Source: Felis catus (taxonomy: Eukaryota). Taken from it: a DNA stretch of 64,000 bases. The stretch is taken from positions 178,004,001 to 178,068,000 of the forward strand of contig NC_058368.1 in NCBI RefSeq assembly GCF_018350175.1, written 5' to 3'. Below, one piece after another: positions 12,587 to 25,524 of this stretch. The translations under genes were made by a program, and so were the position numbers. The notes beneath the pieces are model-generated. The model did not search any database, was not told the DNA's origin, and worked only from the letters and a program-made list of their open reading frames with translations. Position 1 is the stretch's first letter; every line of letters starts with the position of its first letter.

Positions 12587-15500
12587 TTATCTGTGTTTCT
12601 CTGTATGGCTTATTTCACTTAGCATTACACTCTCCAGTTCCATGCACGTTGCTACAAAGGGCCATATTTCATTCTTTCTCATTGCCACGTAGTACTCCAT
12701 TGTGTACATAAACCACAATTTCTTTATCCATTCATCAGTTGATGGACATTTAGGCTCTTTCCATAACTTGGCTATTGTTGAGAGTGCTGCTATAAACATT
12801 GGGGTACAAGTGCCCCTATGCATCAGTACTCCTGTATCCCTTGGGTAAATTCCTAGCAGTGCTACTGCTGGGTCATAGAGCAGGTCTATCTTTAATTTTT
12901 TGAGGAACCTCCACACTGTTTTCCAGAGTGGCCGCACCAGATTGCATTCCCACCAACAGTGCAAGAGGGTTCCTGTTTCTCCACATCCTCTCCAGCATCT
13001 ATAGTCTCCTGATTTGTTCATTTTGGCCACTCTCGTGTGAGGTGATATCTGAGTGTGGTTTTGATTTGTATTTCCCTGATGAGGAGCGATGTTGAGCATC
13101 TTTTCATGTGCCTGTTGGCCATCTGGATGTCTTCTTTAGAGAAGTGTCTATTCATGTTTTCTGCCCATTTCTTCACTGGATTGTTTTTCAGGTGTGGAGT
13201 TTGGTGAGCTCTTTATTATTTTGGATACTAGCCCTTTGTCCGATATGTCATTTGCGAATATCTTTTCCCATTCCATTGGTTGCCTTTTAGTTTTGCTGAT
13301 TGTTTCCTTTGCTGTGCAGAAGCTTTTTATCTTCATGAGGTCCCAATAGTTCATTTTTGCTTTTAATTCCCTTGCCTTTGGGGATGTGTCAAGTAAAAAA
13401 TTGCTATGGCTGAGGTCAGAGAGGTCTTTTCCTGTTTTCTCCTCTAGGGCTTTGATGGTTTCCTGTCTCACATTCAGGTCCTTTATCTATTTTGAGTTTA
13501 TTTTTGTGAATGGTGTGAGAAAGTGGTCTAGTTTCAACTTTCTGCATGTTGCTGTCCAGTTCTCCCAGCACCATTTGTTAAAGAGGCTGTCTTTTTTCCA
13601 TTGGATGTTCTTTCCTGCTTTGTCAAAGATGAGTTGGCCATACGTTTGTGGGTCTAGTTCTGGGGTTTCTATTCTATTCCATTGGTCTATGTGTCTGTTT
13701 TTGTGCCAATACCATGCTGTCTTGATGATGACAGCTTTGTAGTAGAGGCTAAAGTCTGGGATTGTGATGCCTCCTGCTTTGGTCTTCTTCTTCAAAATCA
13801 CTTTGGCTATTCGGGGCCTTTTGTGGTTCCATATGAATTTTAGGATGGCTTGTTCTAGCTTCGAGAAGAATGCTGGTGCAATTTTGATTGGGATTGCATT
13901 GAATGTGTAGATAGCTTTGGGTAGTATTGACATTTTGATAATATTTATTCTTCCAACCCATGAGCATGGAATGTTTTTCCATTTCTTTAGATCTTCTTCA
14001 ATTTCCTTCATAAGCTTTCTATAGTTTTCAGCATACAGATCTTTTACATCTTTGGTTAGATTTATTCCTCGGTATTTTATGCTTCTTGGTGCAATTGTGA
14101 GTGGGATCAGTTTCTTTGTCTTTCTGTTGCTTAATTATTAGTGTATAAGAATGCAACTGATTTCTGTACATTGATTTTGTATCCTGCAACTTTGCTGAAT
14201 TCATGCGTGAATTCACCCAGACTTTGGGTGGAGTCTATCAGATTTTCCATGTATAATATCATGTCATCTGCAAAAAGTGAAAGCTTAACTTCATCTTTGC
14301 CAATTTTGATGCCTTTGATTTCCTTTTGTTGTCTGATTGCTGATGCTAGAACTTCCAACACTATGTTAAACAACAGCGGTGAGAGTAGATATCCCTGTCG
14401 TGTTCCTGATCTCAGGGAAAAAGCTCTCAGTTCTTCCCCATTGAGGATGATGTTAGCTGTGAGCTTTTCATAAATGGCTTTTATGATGTTTAAGTATGTT
14501 CCTTCTATCCCGACTTTCTTGAGGGTTTTTATTAAGCAAGAATGCTGAATTTTGTCAAATGTTTTTTCTTCATCAATTGACAGGCTCATATGGTTCTTAT
14601 CTTTTCTTTTATTAATGTGATGTATCACATTGATTGGTTTGTGAATGTTGAACCAGCCCTGCAGCCCAGGAATGAATCCCACTTGATCGTGGTGAATAAT
14701 TCTTTTTATATGCTGTTGAATTCGATTTGCTACTATCTTACTGAGAATTTTTGCATCCATATTGATCAGGGATATTGGCCTGTAGTTCTCTTTTTTTACT
14801 GGGTCTCTGTCTGGTTTAGGAATCAAAGTAATACTGGCTTCATAGAATGAGTCTGGAAGTTTTCCTTCCCTTTCTATTTTTTGGAATACTTTGAGGAGGA
14901 TAGGTATTATCTCTGCTTTAAACGCCTGGTAGAACTCCTCTGGGATGCCATCTGGTCCTGGACTCTTATTTGTTGGGAGATTTTTGATAACTGATTCTAT
15001 TTCTTCGCTGGTTATGGGTCTGTTCAAGCTTTCTATTTCCTCCTGATTGAGTTTTGGAAGTGTGTGGGTGCTTAGGAATTTGTCCATTTCTTCCAGGTTG
15101 TCCAGTTTGTTGGCATATAGTTTTTCATAGTATTCCCTTATAATTGTTTGTATCTCTGAGGGATTGGTTGTAATAATTCCATTTTCATTCATGATTTTAT
15201 CTATTTGGGTCATCTCCCTTTTCTTTTTGAGAAGCCTGGCTAGAGGTTTATCAATTTTGTTTATTTTTTCAAAAAACCAACTCTTGGTTTCATTGATCTG
15301 CTCTACAGTTTTTTTAGATTCTATATTGTTTATTTCTGCTCTGATCTTTATTATTTCTCTTCTTCTGCTGGGTTTAGGGTGTCTTTGCTGTTCTGCTTCG
15401 ATTTCCTTTAGGTGTGCTGTTAGATTTTGTATTTGGGATTTTTCTTGTTTCTTGAGATAGGCCTGGATTGCAATGTATTTTCCTACCAGGACTACCTTCG

Positions 15501-16368
15501 CTGCATCCCAAAGTGCTTGGACTGTTGTATTTTCATTTTCGTTTGTTTCCATATATTTTTTAATTTCTTGTCTAATTGCCTGGTTGACCCATTCATTCTT
15601 TAGTAGGGTGTTCTTTAACCCCCATGCTTTTGGAGGTTTTCCAGACTTTTTCCTGTGGTTGATTTCAAGCTTCATAGCATTGTGGTCCGAAAGTATGCAT
15701 GGTATGATCTCAATTCCTGTATACTTACGAAGGGCTGTTTTGTGACCCAGTATGTAATCTATCTTGGAGAATGTTCCATGTGCACTTGAGAAGAAAGTAT
15801 ATATTCTATTGTTTTGGGATGCAGAGTTCTAAATATATCTGTCAAGTCCATCTGATCCAATGTATCATTCAGGGTCCTTGTTTCTTTATTGACCGTGTGT
15901 CTAGATGATCTATCCATTGTTGTAAGTGGGGTGTTAAAGTCCCCTGCAATTACCACATTCTTATCAATAAGGTTGCTTATATTTGTGAGTAATTGTTTTA
16001 TATATTTGGGGGCTCCCGTATTCGGCGCATAGACGTTTGTAATTGTTAGCTCTTCCTGATGGATACACCCTGTAATTATTATATAATGCCCTTCTTCATC
16101 TCGTTACAGCCTTTAATTTAAAGTCCAGTTTGTCTGATATAAGTATAGCTACTCCAGCTCTCTTTTGACTTCCAGTAGCATGATAAATAGTTCTCCATCC
16201 CCTCACTTTCAATCTGAAGGTGTCCTCAGGTCTAAAATGAGTCTCTTGTAGACAGCAAATAGATGGGTCTTGTTTTTTTATCCATTCTGATACCCTATGT
16301 CTTTTGGCTGGCACATTTAGTCCATTTACATTCAGTGTTATTATAGAAAGATATGAGTTTAGAGTCAT
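12587..16368 (-). pseudogene. L1 ORF2p (APE endonuclease, reverse transcriptase, C-terminal Cys-rich region), broken into at least 6 pieces
   Basis: ITLNVNGLN and CCLQETH (16096..16389), GDFNTPL (15759..15956), KSPGPDG, YRPISL and LFADDMILY (14131..15675), [18 protein letters not shown] (12587..13099). Confidence 0.93.
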
Positions 16369-16399
16369 TGTGATATCTGTAGGTTTCATGCTTGTAGCA

Positions 16400-17307
16400 A
16401 TGTCTCTGGTACTTTGTCTAACAGGATCCCCCTTAGGATCTCTTGTAGGGCTGGTTTAGTGGTGATGAATTCCTTCAGTTTTGTTTGTTTGGGAAGACCT
16501 TTATCTCTCCTTCTATTCTAAATGACAGATTTGCTGGATAAAGGATTCTCAGCTGCATATTTTTTCTGTTCATCACGTTGAAGATTTCCTGCCATTCCTT
16601 TCTGGCCTGCCAAGTTTCAGTAGAGAGATCCGTCACAAGTCTTATCGGTCTCCCTTTATATGTTAGAGCACTTTTATCCCTAGCTGCTTTCAGAATTTTC
16701 TCTTTATCCTTGTATTTTGCCAGTTTCACTATGATATGTCATACAGAAGATCAATTCAAGTTACGTCTGAAGGGAGTTCTCTGTGCCTCTTGGATTTCAA
16801 TGCCTTTTTCCTTCCCCAGACTAGGGAAGTTCTCAGCTATTATTTCTTCAAGTACACCTTCAGCACCTTTCCCTCTCTCTTCCTCCTCTGGAATACCAAT
16901 TATGCGTAGATTATTTCTCTTTAGTGCATCACTTAGTTCTCTAATTTTCCCCTCAGACTCCTGGATTTTTTTATCTTTTTCTCAGCTTCCTCTTTTTCCA
17001 TAATTTTATCTTCTAGTTCACCTATTCTCTCCTTTGCCTCTTCAATCCGAGCTGTGGCTGTCTCCATTTTATTTTGCAGCTAATTTATAGCATTTTTTAG
17101 CTCCTCCTGGCTGTTCCTTAGTCCCTTGATCTCTGTAGCAATAGATTCTCTGCTGTCCTCTATACTGTTTTCAAGCCCAGCGATTAATTTTATGACTATT
17201 AATCTAAATTCACTTTCTGTTATATTGTTTAAATCCTTTTTGATCAGTTCGTTAGCTGTCGTTATTTCCTGGAGATTCTTTTGAGGGGAATTCTTCCGTT
17301 TCATCAT
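16400..17307 (-). pseudogene. L1 ORF1p, frameshifted
   Basis: ORF-track pieces 17080..17346 (MMKRKNSPQK...coiled coil) and 16475..16729 (KEKILKAARDK...LVTDLSTETWQARKEW...ILYPANLSF). Confidence 0.88.
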
Positions 17308-18271
17308 TTTGGATAGTCCCTGGTATGGTACGGAATTGCAGGGCACTTCCCGTGTTGTCTTGAATAACTTGCGTTGGTGGGCGGGGCCAAGTCAGACCTG
17401 ATGTCTGCCCTCAGCCCACCACTGAGGCCACAGTCAGACTGGTGTGTACCTTCTCTTCCCCTCTCCTAGGGGCGGGATTCACTGTGGGGTGGTGTGGCCC
17501 ACCTGGGCTACTTGCACACTGCCAGGCTTGTGGTGCTGGGGATCTGGCATGTTAGCTGGGGTGGATCGGCAAGGTGCACAGGGGCGGGAGGGGTAGGCTC
17601 AGCTCACTTATCCTTCGTGATCTGCTTCGGGAGGGGCCCTGTGGCACCGGGAGGGAGTCAGACCCGCCGCCGGAGGGATGGATCCGCAGAAGCACAGCAC
17701 TGGGTGTTTGCGTGGTGCAAACAAGTTCCCTGGCAGGAACTGGTTCCCTTTGGGATTTTGGCTGGGGGATGGGCGAGGGAGATGGCGCTGGCAAGCGCCT
17801 TTGTTCCCCGCCAAGCTGAGCTCTGTCGTCCGGGGCTCAACAACTCTCCTTCCCGTTGTCCTCCAGCCCTCCTGCTCTCCAAGCAGAGCTGTTAGCTTAT
17901 AACCTTCCAGATGTAAAGTCCCGCTTGCTGTCTGAACACACTCCGTCCGGCCCCTCTACTTTTGCAAGCCAGACTCAGGGGCTCTGCTTTGCTGGAGGGC
18001 TGCACCTCCGACCCGGCTCCCTCCCGCCAGTCCGTGTAGCGCGCACCGCCTCTCCGCCCTTCCTACCCTCTTCCATGGGCCTCTTGTCTGCGCTTGGCTC
18101 CAGAGAGTCTGTTCTGCTAGTCTTCTGGTGGTTTTCTGGGTTATTTAGGCAAGTGTGGGTAGAATCTAAGTGATCAGCAGGACGCGGTGAGCCCAGCGGA
18201 CGCTGCCATCTTCCCAGGATTCTTCATTTTTATTCTACGCCGCCATCTTCCTAGAGTCCTCACATTTATTT

Positions 18272-18462
18272 ATTTTTGAGAGACAGAGTGAAACAAAGTG
18301 AGAGTGGGGAAGAGGCAGAAAGAGAGGAAGACACAGGATCCGAAGCAGGCTCCAGGCTCTGAGCTGTCAGCACAGAGCCTGACACGGGGCTCAAACCCAC
18401 AGACCTGATCATGACCTGAGTTGAAGACAGATGCTCAACCGACTGAGCCACCCAGGAGACCC
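18272..18462 (-). mobile_element. Can-SINE body whose tail (12303-12342) was displaced by the full-length L1
   Basis: TSD CCTTTCATTTTTA at 12290-12302 and 18464-18476 brackets tail, L1 and body together. Confidence 0.88.
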
Positions 18463-18614
18463 TCCTTTCATTTTTAAAGATAGTTTTGCTGGATATGGAA
18501 TTCTTGGTTACTAGTTCAGCACTCTATGTCATTGAAGGATCTTCTGGCCTCTCCTGTTTCTCAAGACCAGTCAGCTATTAATCTTACTAGTACCCTTCAC
18601 GTGTAATGAGTTTT

Positions 18615-18743
18615 TCTCTTTTCTTTTTTTCTTTTTTGTTTTTATTCAACACTTCCATATGTCACTGGGTGCTCAACACAACAAGTACCCTAATCAACAT
18701 CACCTGTTTAACTCATCCCCCCACCCACCTCCCTTCTGGTAAC
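18615..18743 (-). mobile_element. Short older carnivore L1 3' end
   Basis: T-rich tail followed by gtgctcaacacaacaagtaccc...ccccccacccacctcccttctggtaac, with degenerate flanking tgtaatgagt/tgtgatgagt. Confidence 0.7.
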
Positions 18744-19814
18744 TGTGATGAGTAGTTTTTCCCTTGCTGCTAAAATTTTTCTCTTTGTCTTTCAGCATTT
18801 TTACTATGATGTGTTCTTAGTGTGGGTCTTTATTGCACTTCTTTGATGTGTAATGCTTTTCACCAAATATGGTTAAGTTTTAAGCCAATATTGCTTTAAG
18901 TGTTTTTTTCTGATCCTGTCTCACTTCCTTTTCTGGTATTCTTCTACCAGGTACTCCATGATATTTTGGTGTATTTACTGGTGACCTACAGTTCTCTGAG
19001 ACTCTGTTCACTTTTCTTCAGTCTTTTTTCTCTCTGTGCCTCAACATCTCATTTTAATTTATTGTACTTCCCAACTACAGAATTTCTATTTGTTTCTATT
19101 TTTAATAATTTCCATCTCTTTATTTAAATTCTCTATTTGATGACACATTGTTATCATACCTTACTTCACTTACTTCACTAATTTTAACAATATTGAGTCT
19201 TCCAATTCATAAACATGATATATATCTATTTATTTAGGCCTCATTTAATTTCTCTCAACGATGTTTTAGAGTTTTCACCCAGTCCAAGAATTTTATACAT
19301 TTTTGACTTTGTTAGATATTGCTGTTTTCCAAAAACGTTTTACTGGTTTGGATTCCACTAGCAGTGTATAGGAGTGTTAGCTATTTTACTTCATCACAAA
19401 TACATGCTTTCATCAAACTTTTTAACTATCTCCAGCTAATAGGTATGATATGATTATTGCACTATAGCTTTAATTTGCATTTCCCTTAGTCCATGAAAGG
19501 ATGAACATTTTTTCATGTTGATTATAAACCGTGATTTCTTTTTCTATAAATTGTTTACTCATATCTTTGGCACACTTTTTTTTTTTTACTAGGTTGTTCT
19601 TCTCTTATTGATTCATAGAAATTGTTTATATAACTGGATATTGATTCTCTTTAAGTTACATGTATTGGGTCTTACCCTGTCTCTAGCTTGTCTTTTTACT
19701 TTGTTTACTGTGTATTTTGAGCTGCAGAAATTTTTATTTTTAATATGGGCAGAATTTATCAACCTTTGGGTTTAGAGTTTGGGCTTTTCATGCCTTAAAA
19801 AGAAATCCTTCCTC

Positions 19815-19932
19815 GGATGCCTGGGTGGCTCAGTCAATTAAGCTGTTAGTGGAGAGCCTGTTTAGGGATTCGGTCTCCCCCTCTCTCTGCCTCTGTCCTG
19901 CTCGCCCTCTCTCAAAAATAAACATTAAAAAA
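19815..19932 (+). mobile_element. Internally deleted Can-SINE
   Basis: Head joined directly to the 3' half. TSD AAATCCTTCCT. Confidence 0.85.
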
Positions 19933-21099
19933 AAATCCTTCCTGTCCTTAAATCATAGTCCCCTGCCTTTCACACTAAGAGTCACCAACTTAGATTTGAT
20001 TTTTTATATACTGTGAAGTAATAATTCAAAACTTTAAATAGATATAACCAAATGTCCAGCATCCTTTATTTAATAGTCTGCCTCTTCCTGTACTATTTCA
20101 ATGTTTAAGTGGGGAGGTAGGTTTTATAATTTTTTATTTATTTGCCCATCTTCCTCTTTAATTAAAAACTTAGAGGACAGATAGACCATTCTATTTGCCA
20201 TTGTATCCTGGTCTTAGTATATAGTAGTTACTTATTAATATTCATCAGACAGTAAGTAGGAATAGGTGACAGGACAAAAAGTGTAGCACATACAAAGCAT
20301 GTCACAGAACAGAAAAAACTGTCAAAAGAAAAGGCTGCAAAGGCACACAAAGTCTAACCATAAGAAGGAACTTATTTATATAATGAGAAACCAGTAAGAA
20401 TTTTAAGCAGAGAAATTCTGTAAATTTTAAAGTCTGACAAAAGCAAGTATTAAGACAACATACAGCAACATATAATCTGCTGGGAGGGGGAAAACAGGCT
20501 ATTCTAACATTTAAGAGAGCAACTTGGTAATATCTTGTAAAGCTGAAGTGATGTACCGTCTACAGCCCAGCAATTCTACTCCCAGTATTTACCTTCAAGA
20601 TACTCATACACATGCATGAGGAAATAGGTATTTGAATGTTTCCTGGAGTATTTTTTATAAACTTTAAAATTGGACTGAAAAAAAAATAAAATAAATAAAA
20701 TAAAATTGGAAACAACCTAGCGTATATTAACAGAAAAATGAATACATAATGGCACAATAATATACTGTAATACCATTCAGTGCTTAAATTAGAACTATAC
20801 GTATCACCATGGATAAATCTCAAAAACAATGTGGATCAAAACCAGCAAGTTCCTGCATACTAATTTTCTATAGAGTTAACAGTACTAGGTTTTGTTTATA
20901 AGTACATAGAAATGTGGGACCAGAACACAATCATGCATGAAAATAACATGAAAATTTAGGACAGTGGTTACTTTGGCACAAGAAGAACAGAATCAGAGCA
21001 GCAACAGGCCATTAATGTTTAATTTAAAAATATACAGGTATGAAGCAAATAGGGCAAGGTATTCAGATTTGACAAAGATGGGTGTATGAGTGTCCATTA

Positions 21100-22860
21100 C
21101 ATTATTTTCCCTGGTTCTCTACTGAAGAAAATATTACTTTGGTGGCAGTATGGAAAATGGATTGGAGTGGGGAAAATGCAAGAAGGAAACAAAGAGGACA
21201 ATAAGATCTGAAATCCAGTGAGAAATGACAAGCAGTAACAATGAGGATAAAAATGAAGGGGACTGAGAAGAATGAAACAGAGATATTTAGAAAATAAAAC
21301 CAACATGATCAGGTGACAGATCAGATATGAGAAGTAAGAACAAAGGGGACATTTTGAGTTCACAGTCATTCTTCCTCAAAATAGGGAAGTAGGTGGAAAG
21401 GGTTTCAGGAGATAGTTCCTGTTTAGGACCTATTGAGATTGAAGGGCCTGTTCAATATCCCAGTGAAAGATCCAACAGGAATCAATACAGCAAAGTGATC
21501 AGCAGCATAGGCTCTGTTATCAGGTGTCCTAGTTCAAATCCAGATTCAACCACTTAAATACATCACTAATTAACTATTCCAGACCTCAGTTTCCAAGTCT
21601 GTATAAAGGGATGGGGAAGTGTTAATAAAAAACAGCTATTCCCATGGAACTTTTGTGAGATGAAATTAGATGCCTGTCAAATGCTACGTGAAGTCTTTGG
21701 CAGACTACTGCTTCAATAAATGCCTACAGCTATCATTTGTGGCTCTTCCTTCTCATATATAGCACATACTTCTATTCTGTGCATCACATAGGACTCTTTG
21801 CACTTACTTGATGCATATGTAAAAAATTCAAGATAGATAACAGTACACCTTATTTAAACTTGCTGAACAATTTCACTAAAGTCAGCGTCATTTTCCAACT
21901 CAAGAACATACCTTTTATCACATGAAAGTTTATCAAGTGGGAGATTTAGACTCAAATCCCGTGGAATTCTACTAAATATATACATTCAACCACTATCTAG
22001 TAGAAAATACATAAGTAATATGCCATGCACTTGGAAGTGATAATAAAAAAGGTGGAGACAGTCCTAACCCAAATTAGAGTCAAAATATGTTTTGCTAACA
22101 AATGATTACAATGCAGTGTAATAATGCTAAAAAAAGGGGGGAATTACAGGTTGCTATAGAACACATAAAAGGAATTCTCCCAGAATTTAAGAAGGTCATC
22201 TTAAAGGATGGGGTATCTGATGTGAAAGATAAAGTAGGAGTCAGCAGAGTAAGGCAGAAAAGTGAAAGTTTGATTCAAAAGAAATAGTGTTCTAGGCAGA
22301 GGAAACATTTTGCCCAAAGGCCTAGAATCTACAGAGAACACAGACTGTTGACGAAGCTGAAAAAAGTTTAGTACACATAAAGTATGTAGTACAAGTATGG
22401 AGGACTGAGGCATGAAACTGGTGACATACATGGAAAAGAGACTGGGAAGAACTTTGTAAGTCACATTCCATATGATCCAATTAAATGAGCTAATGCTTAA
22501 GAGGGTCTAGGACAGCTCCTAATACAAAATAAGTACCCACTAAATATTACTTTAGTGCAATCTAACTCTTAACTAACACTTTCCCCTTTTTTGCCACAAT
22601 TTGGAATGTGACAATATACTCACCAAAAAAAAAAATATATATATATATATTTTCCATCTGGTCTTCCTTGGTTGGTTGCCAGAAAACTAGTATGTAGAGA
22701 ACTTACAAATGTGTTAGGTGGTCTGTTTCATTTGTGAAATGGGAACAATAACACCAACTTTGAAAAAAACAAACAAAACAATACCAACTCTGCAGGATTA
22801 CTGTTAAGGACTAGAGGAGTGTGAAGAGATCCTAAAAAGAGTGCCAGGGCACATATTAAA
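21100..22860. mobile_element. Cluster of decayed L2 and MIR fragments
   Basis: MIR core (agttcaaatccagattcaacc...cctcagtttcc) at about 21520-21720. Purine-rich L2-like stretches at about 21100-21480 and 22000-22460. Confidence 0.55.
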
Positions 22861-24661
22861 GACTCTCCAAAACCTCCTCAAACTTCCTATTAAGGCAGAT
22901 TGGCAGACAAGCCAGAGAAAAAGAAAGCAGAAAGCTCTGGTTTCCCTTTAGGGTTATGCAGTAGGAATGCCTTAAAAATAAGATTGCTGTCGGACTAAAC
23001 ACTTTTTGGTAAGGAAAGATGCATACACCAAAAATGTTAAATTACAATGACCAGTCTGATGATGTGTTTATTTTTTCCTAATATGTAAGCTCTTTCAAAA
23101 AAGTTGACCTTCCATAATTCACTTTTTTCATATTACCTTGTATTAAAGGATATATAAATATATCTGTCTTTTCCTGTGACTGTTTGTTGATATCTAGAAT
23201 TCTCACATATATATATAATATACATATATATTTTAATACAACAAATAAAAATTGGGGGGAAAAACTCCTAAATCCCATTGCTCTAAACAACTAATCTCAT
23301 CTTACATATTTCTTTCCAAGTATTTTAAACACAATTAATTTGAAGGCTTTTCTACTCCATATTACACTATTCTGATTTAAGATCCAGACCAAATACTGGG
23401 TTAGCAATGTCTGAAGAGTATTTGTATTCATTTTTGTGAAAGCAAAGCGGCAAACTCTCTGGGTACATTTAAAATAAGACAATTTATCATAATTTGATTT
23501 ACTCTCAACCTTCAAGTAACACGTCTGGGATTTTAAAAGAGGCACCCTGTATAAATTTCATACCATGTAATTTTTGTCTGATTCTAATTTGTTTTACTAT
23601 CCAACTAAAACATTTATTTCTAGTTCTCCCTAATGGTCTCATTCAATAGCAGCTAAATTCTTAGAAATTTTTACTGAAATTAATCCTAATTGGCAAGAAA
23701 ATATCACAACATATTTGACTAAGGAAGCATCAAGCTACATCACTTTCTTAAAAAGCAAGTTAAACAAACCTGAAATAAACCAAAGGGTAATATTAACAAA
23801 ATCAAACAAAAATTTCCCATTATACAACTATTGTGAACAGAAAACCATAAATGTACTGAAGGTTAAGCCAAATTTCCCAGGGGATAAGAAGCTTAGTTCT
23901 ATATAAAAAGCTTACTCTAAATATTTCAAATTAGAAATCCTTCAACATTACTAATAAAAACTATAAATCCAAAGGAGGTAAGACTATCCTTAGGACTTCT
24001 TTTGCAGACAAGGTTTGGAAAGAGTTACTATTACAGAAGAAGAAAACGTCATAGATTTTACTCAGTGTCACAAGTACTACTAAATATCTGGTTAGGGTTC
24101 ACATAAATGCCCTCAATAATCCCTCATTATGCCTCAGGATCAATTCATCTAAATTTGCTGAAGCTAAAACTTCAATTATCATACTATGAGTGTGATTTAA
24201 CTGTGGCCTCTCAAAGACATGTCTAGCTCTCCTGGTCCCCATCACTTACGTAAAAATGCTGAGCAATGAGCAAAAGATATACTGGAAACCACATAAAGAA
24301 GTAAATGTCCAAAAAATCCCAGAACTACAAAAAGAATAAATCTTTTGTTTCAAACCTTGAAATAAATATAATAAGGCAAAATCTATTAAAGTGTTTTAAA
24401 TAATCTTAACTATTTAATGACTAGCCACATAAAAATAATATTCACTAACTCTCCCAACCTTTGAAGAAAATGGTAAATCTAGGCATAAAACAAGCAAATT
24501 AATCTCACAGTGTTTTCAATACCAATTAATCAATCAATTTCAATTGATATTTCTTAGGTAGAAATTACCCAAATATATCATTCAGCTTAAAGCTATTGTA
24601 TGTGAGCATCTTTATTCATTTTCAGTAACATTTTTTTAAAAAATCTCTAGTAAAAACCTAC

Positions 24662-24797
24662 CTTTGAGGTTCTTTGAAGTTGATCACCAACATATGTTTT
24701 ACGAAACTGATCCAAGAACCACAGAATTGCAAGCTCTATTTTCTCATTAGAACACTGAGGTAATCCGGTATCCATTAAAGATATAAGCTGAAAAACT
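24662..24797 (-). CDS. RANBP17: RANBP17 coding exon (probable exon 14), 136 nt, phase 2-0
   Basis: Acceptor tttctccttcatgaaaag|A, donor AAG|gtaggt. Translates (R)VFQLISLMDTGLPQCSNEKIELAILWFLDQFRKTYVGDQLQRTSK. Confidence 0.95.
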
Positions 24798-25404
24798 CTT
24801 TTCATGAAGGAGAAAAAAAGGCTTCAGTAAAAATTCTTGGAGAAACAACATTAAAACATTTATTGTCAATGCAATGTAATACATAATCACTGTAAAAAAT
24901 GGAAAAATAAAAAAGCTTATAAAGAAGATAATTTAAAACCATGTGAAATTCTACTTCTAAGATATACTACAATTTGGTCTAATTGCTTCTAGTCTTTTTC
25001 CTAAAACACATACCTACATATATATGCATAGAAAGCTATAAGGACATACACTTATTATTTTACTAAAACTTTATATAGAATGCATATAACATACACATAT
25101 AAATATATAATTGTATATATAGATATAAATAAACACCTATAGATATATATGCATGCATAAATACAAATTAATATCTATATCCATATAATGTTTTAGTAAA
25201 GGAAAAATGATATTGAATGTGTAGTTTTGTATTTTACCTTTTTATTAAACCTTATGTTTTTATATAATTATGTATTTGGGAGTCACATGACTCAAATATT
25301 AAAACAATCAAGAGATACACCAATCAAGTTATATCACTTTTTCAATGAATAATAAAAATTTTACCTGAAATAACTTACAAGATGATCTTAATAAAATCAA
25401 GTAT

Positions 25405-25524
25405 TTTTTTTAAGTTGGCTCCATGCCCAGCATAGAGCTCATTTTGGGACCTGAACTCACAACTCTGAGATCAAGACCTGAACTGAGATCAAGAGTCAGA
25501 TGCTCAACTGCCACCCAGGAGCCC
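25405..25524 (-). mobile_element. Short older Can-SINE
   Basis: gagatcaagacctgaactgagatcaagagtcagatgctcaactg...cccagga. TSD aaaatcaagtatttt/aaaatcaaatatttt. Confidence 0.85.

Larger units (their letters stand above)
12343..18261 (-). mobile_element. Full-length felid LINE-1 (L1_Fc-like), about 5.9 kb, inactivated by frameshifts
   Basis: CpG-rich 5' UTR (about 17350-18261) starting with a GGAAGATGGCGG motif, ORF1 pieces, ORF2 pieces and a 3' UTR ending CAATTTGACAATAAATTTCATATA plus an A-rich tail. Flanked by ACATTTATTT at 12333-12342 and 18262-18271. Confidence 0.95.
4485..19180 (-). mobile_element. Ancient L1M (L1MB/MC-like), fragmented by nested younger insertions
   Basis: Degenerate 3' UTR to ORF2 homology at about 4485-8128 resumes at 10311-12290 and 18464-19180, colinear across the insertions. 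Boundaries approximate. Confidence 0.7.

Noticed and set aside
14131..15675. 514-aa ORF, the longest in the window, as a novel or domesticated reverse transcriptase gene
   Set aside because: It is the central piece of an ordinary L1 ORF2, with frameshifts on both sides and substitutions in conserved RT motifs ([19 protein letters not shown]).
17494..18173. Overlapping GC-rich ORFs and a CpG-island-like region
   Set aside because: This is the L1 5' UTR. High GC lowers stop-codon frequency, and there is no sign of a host promoter or protein homology.
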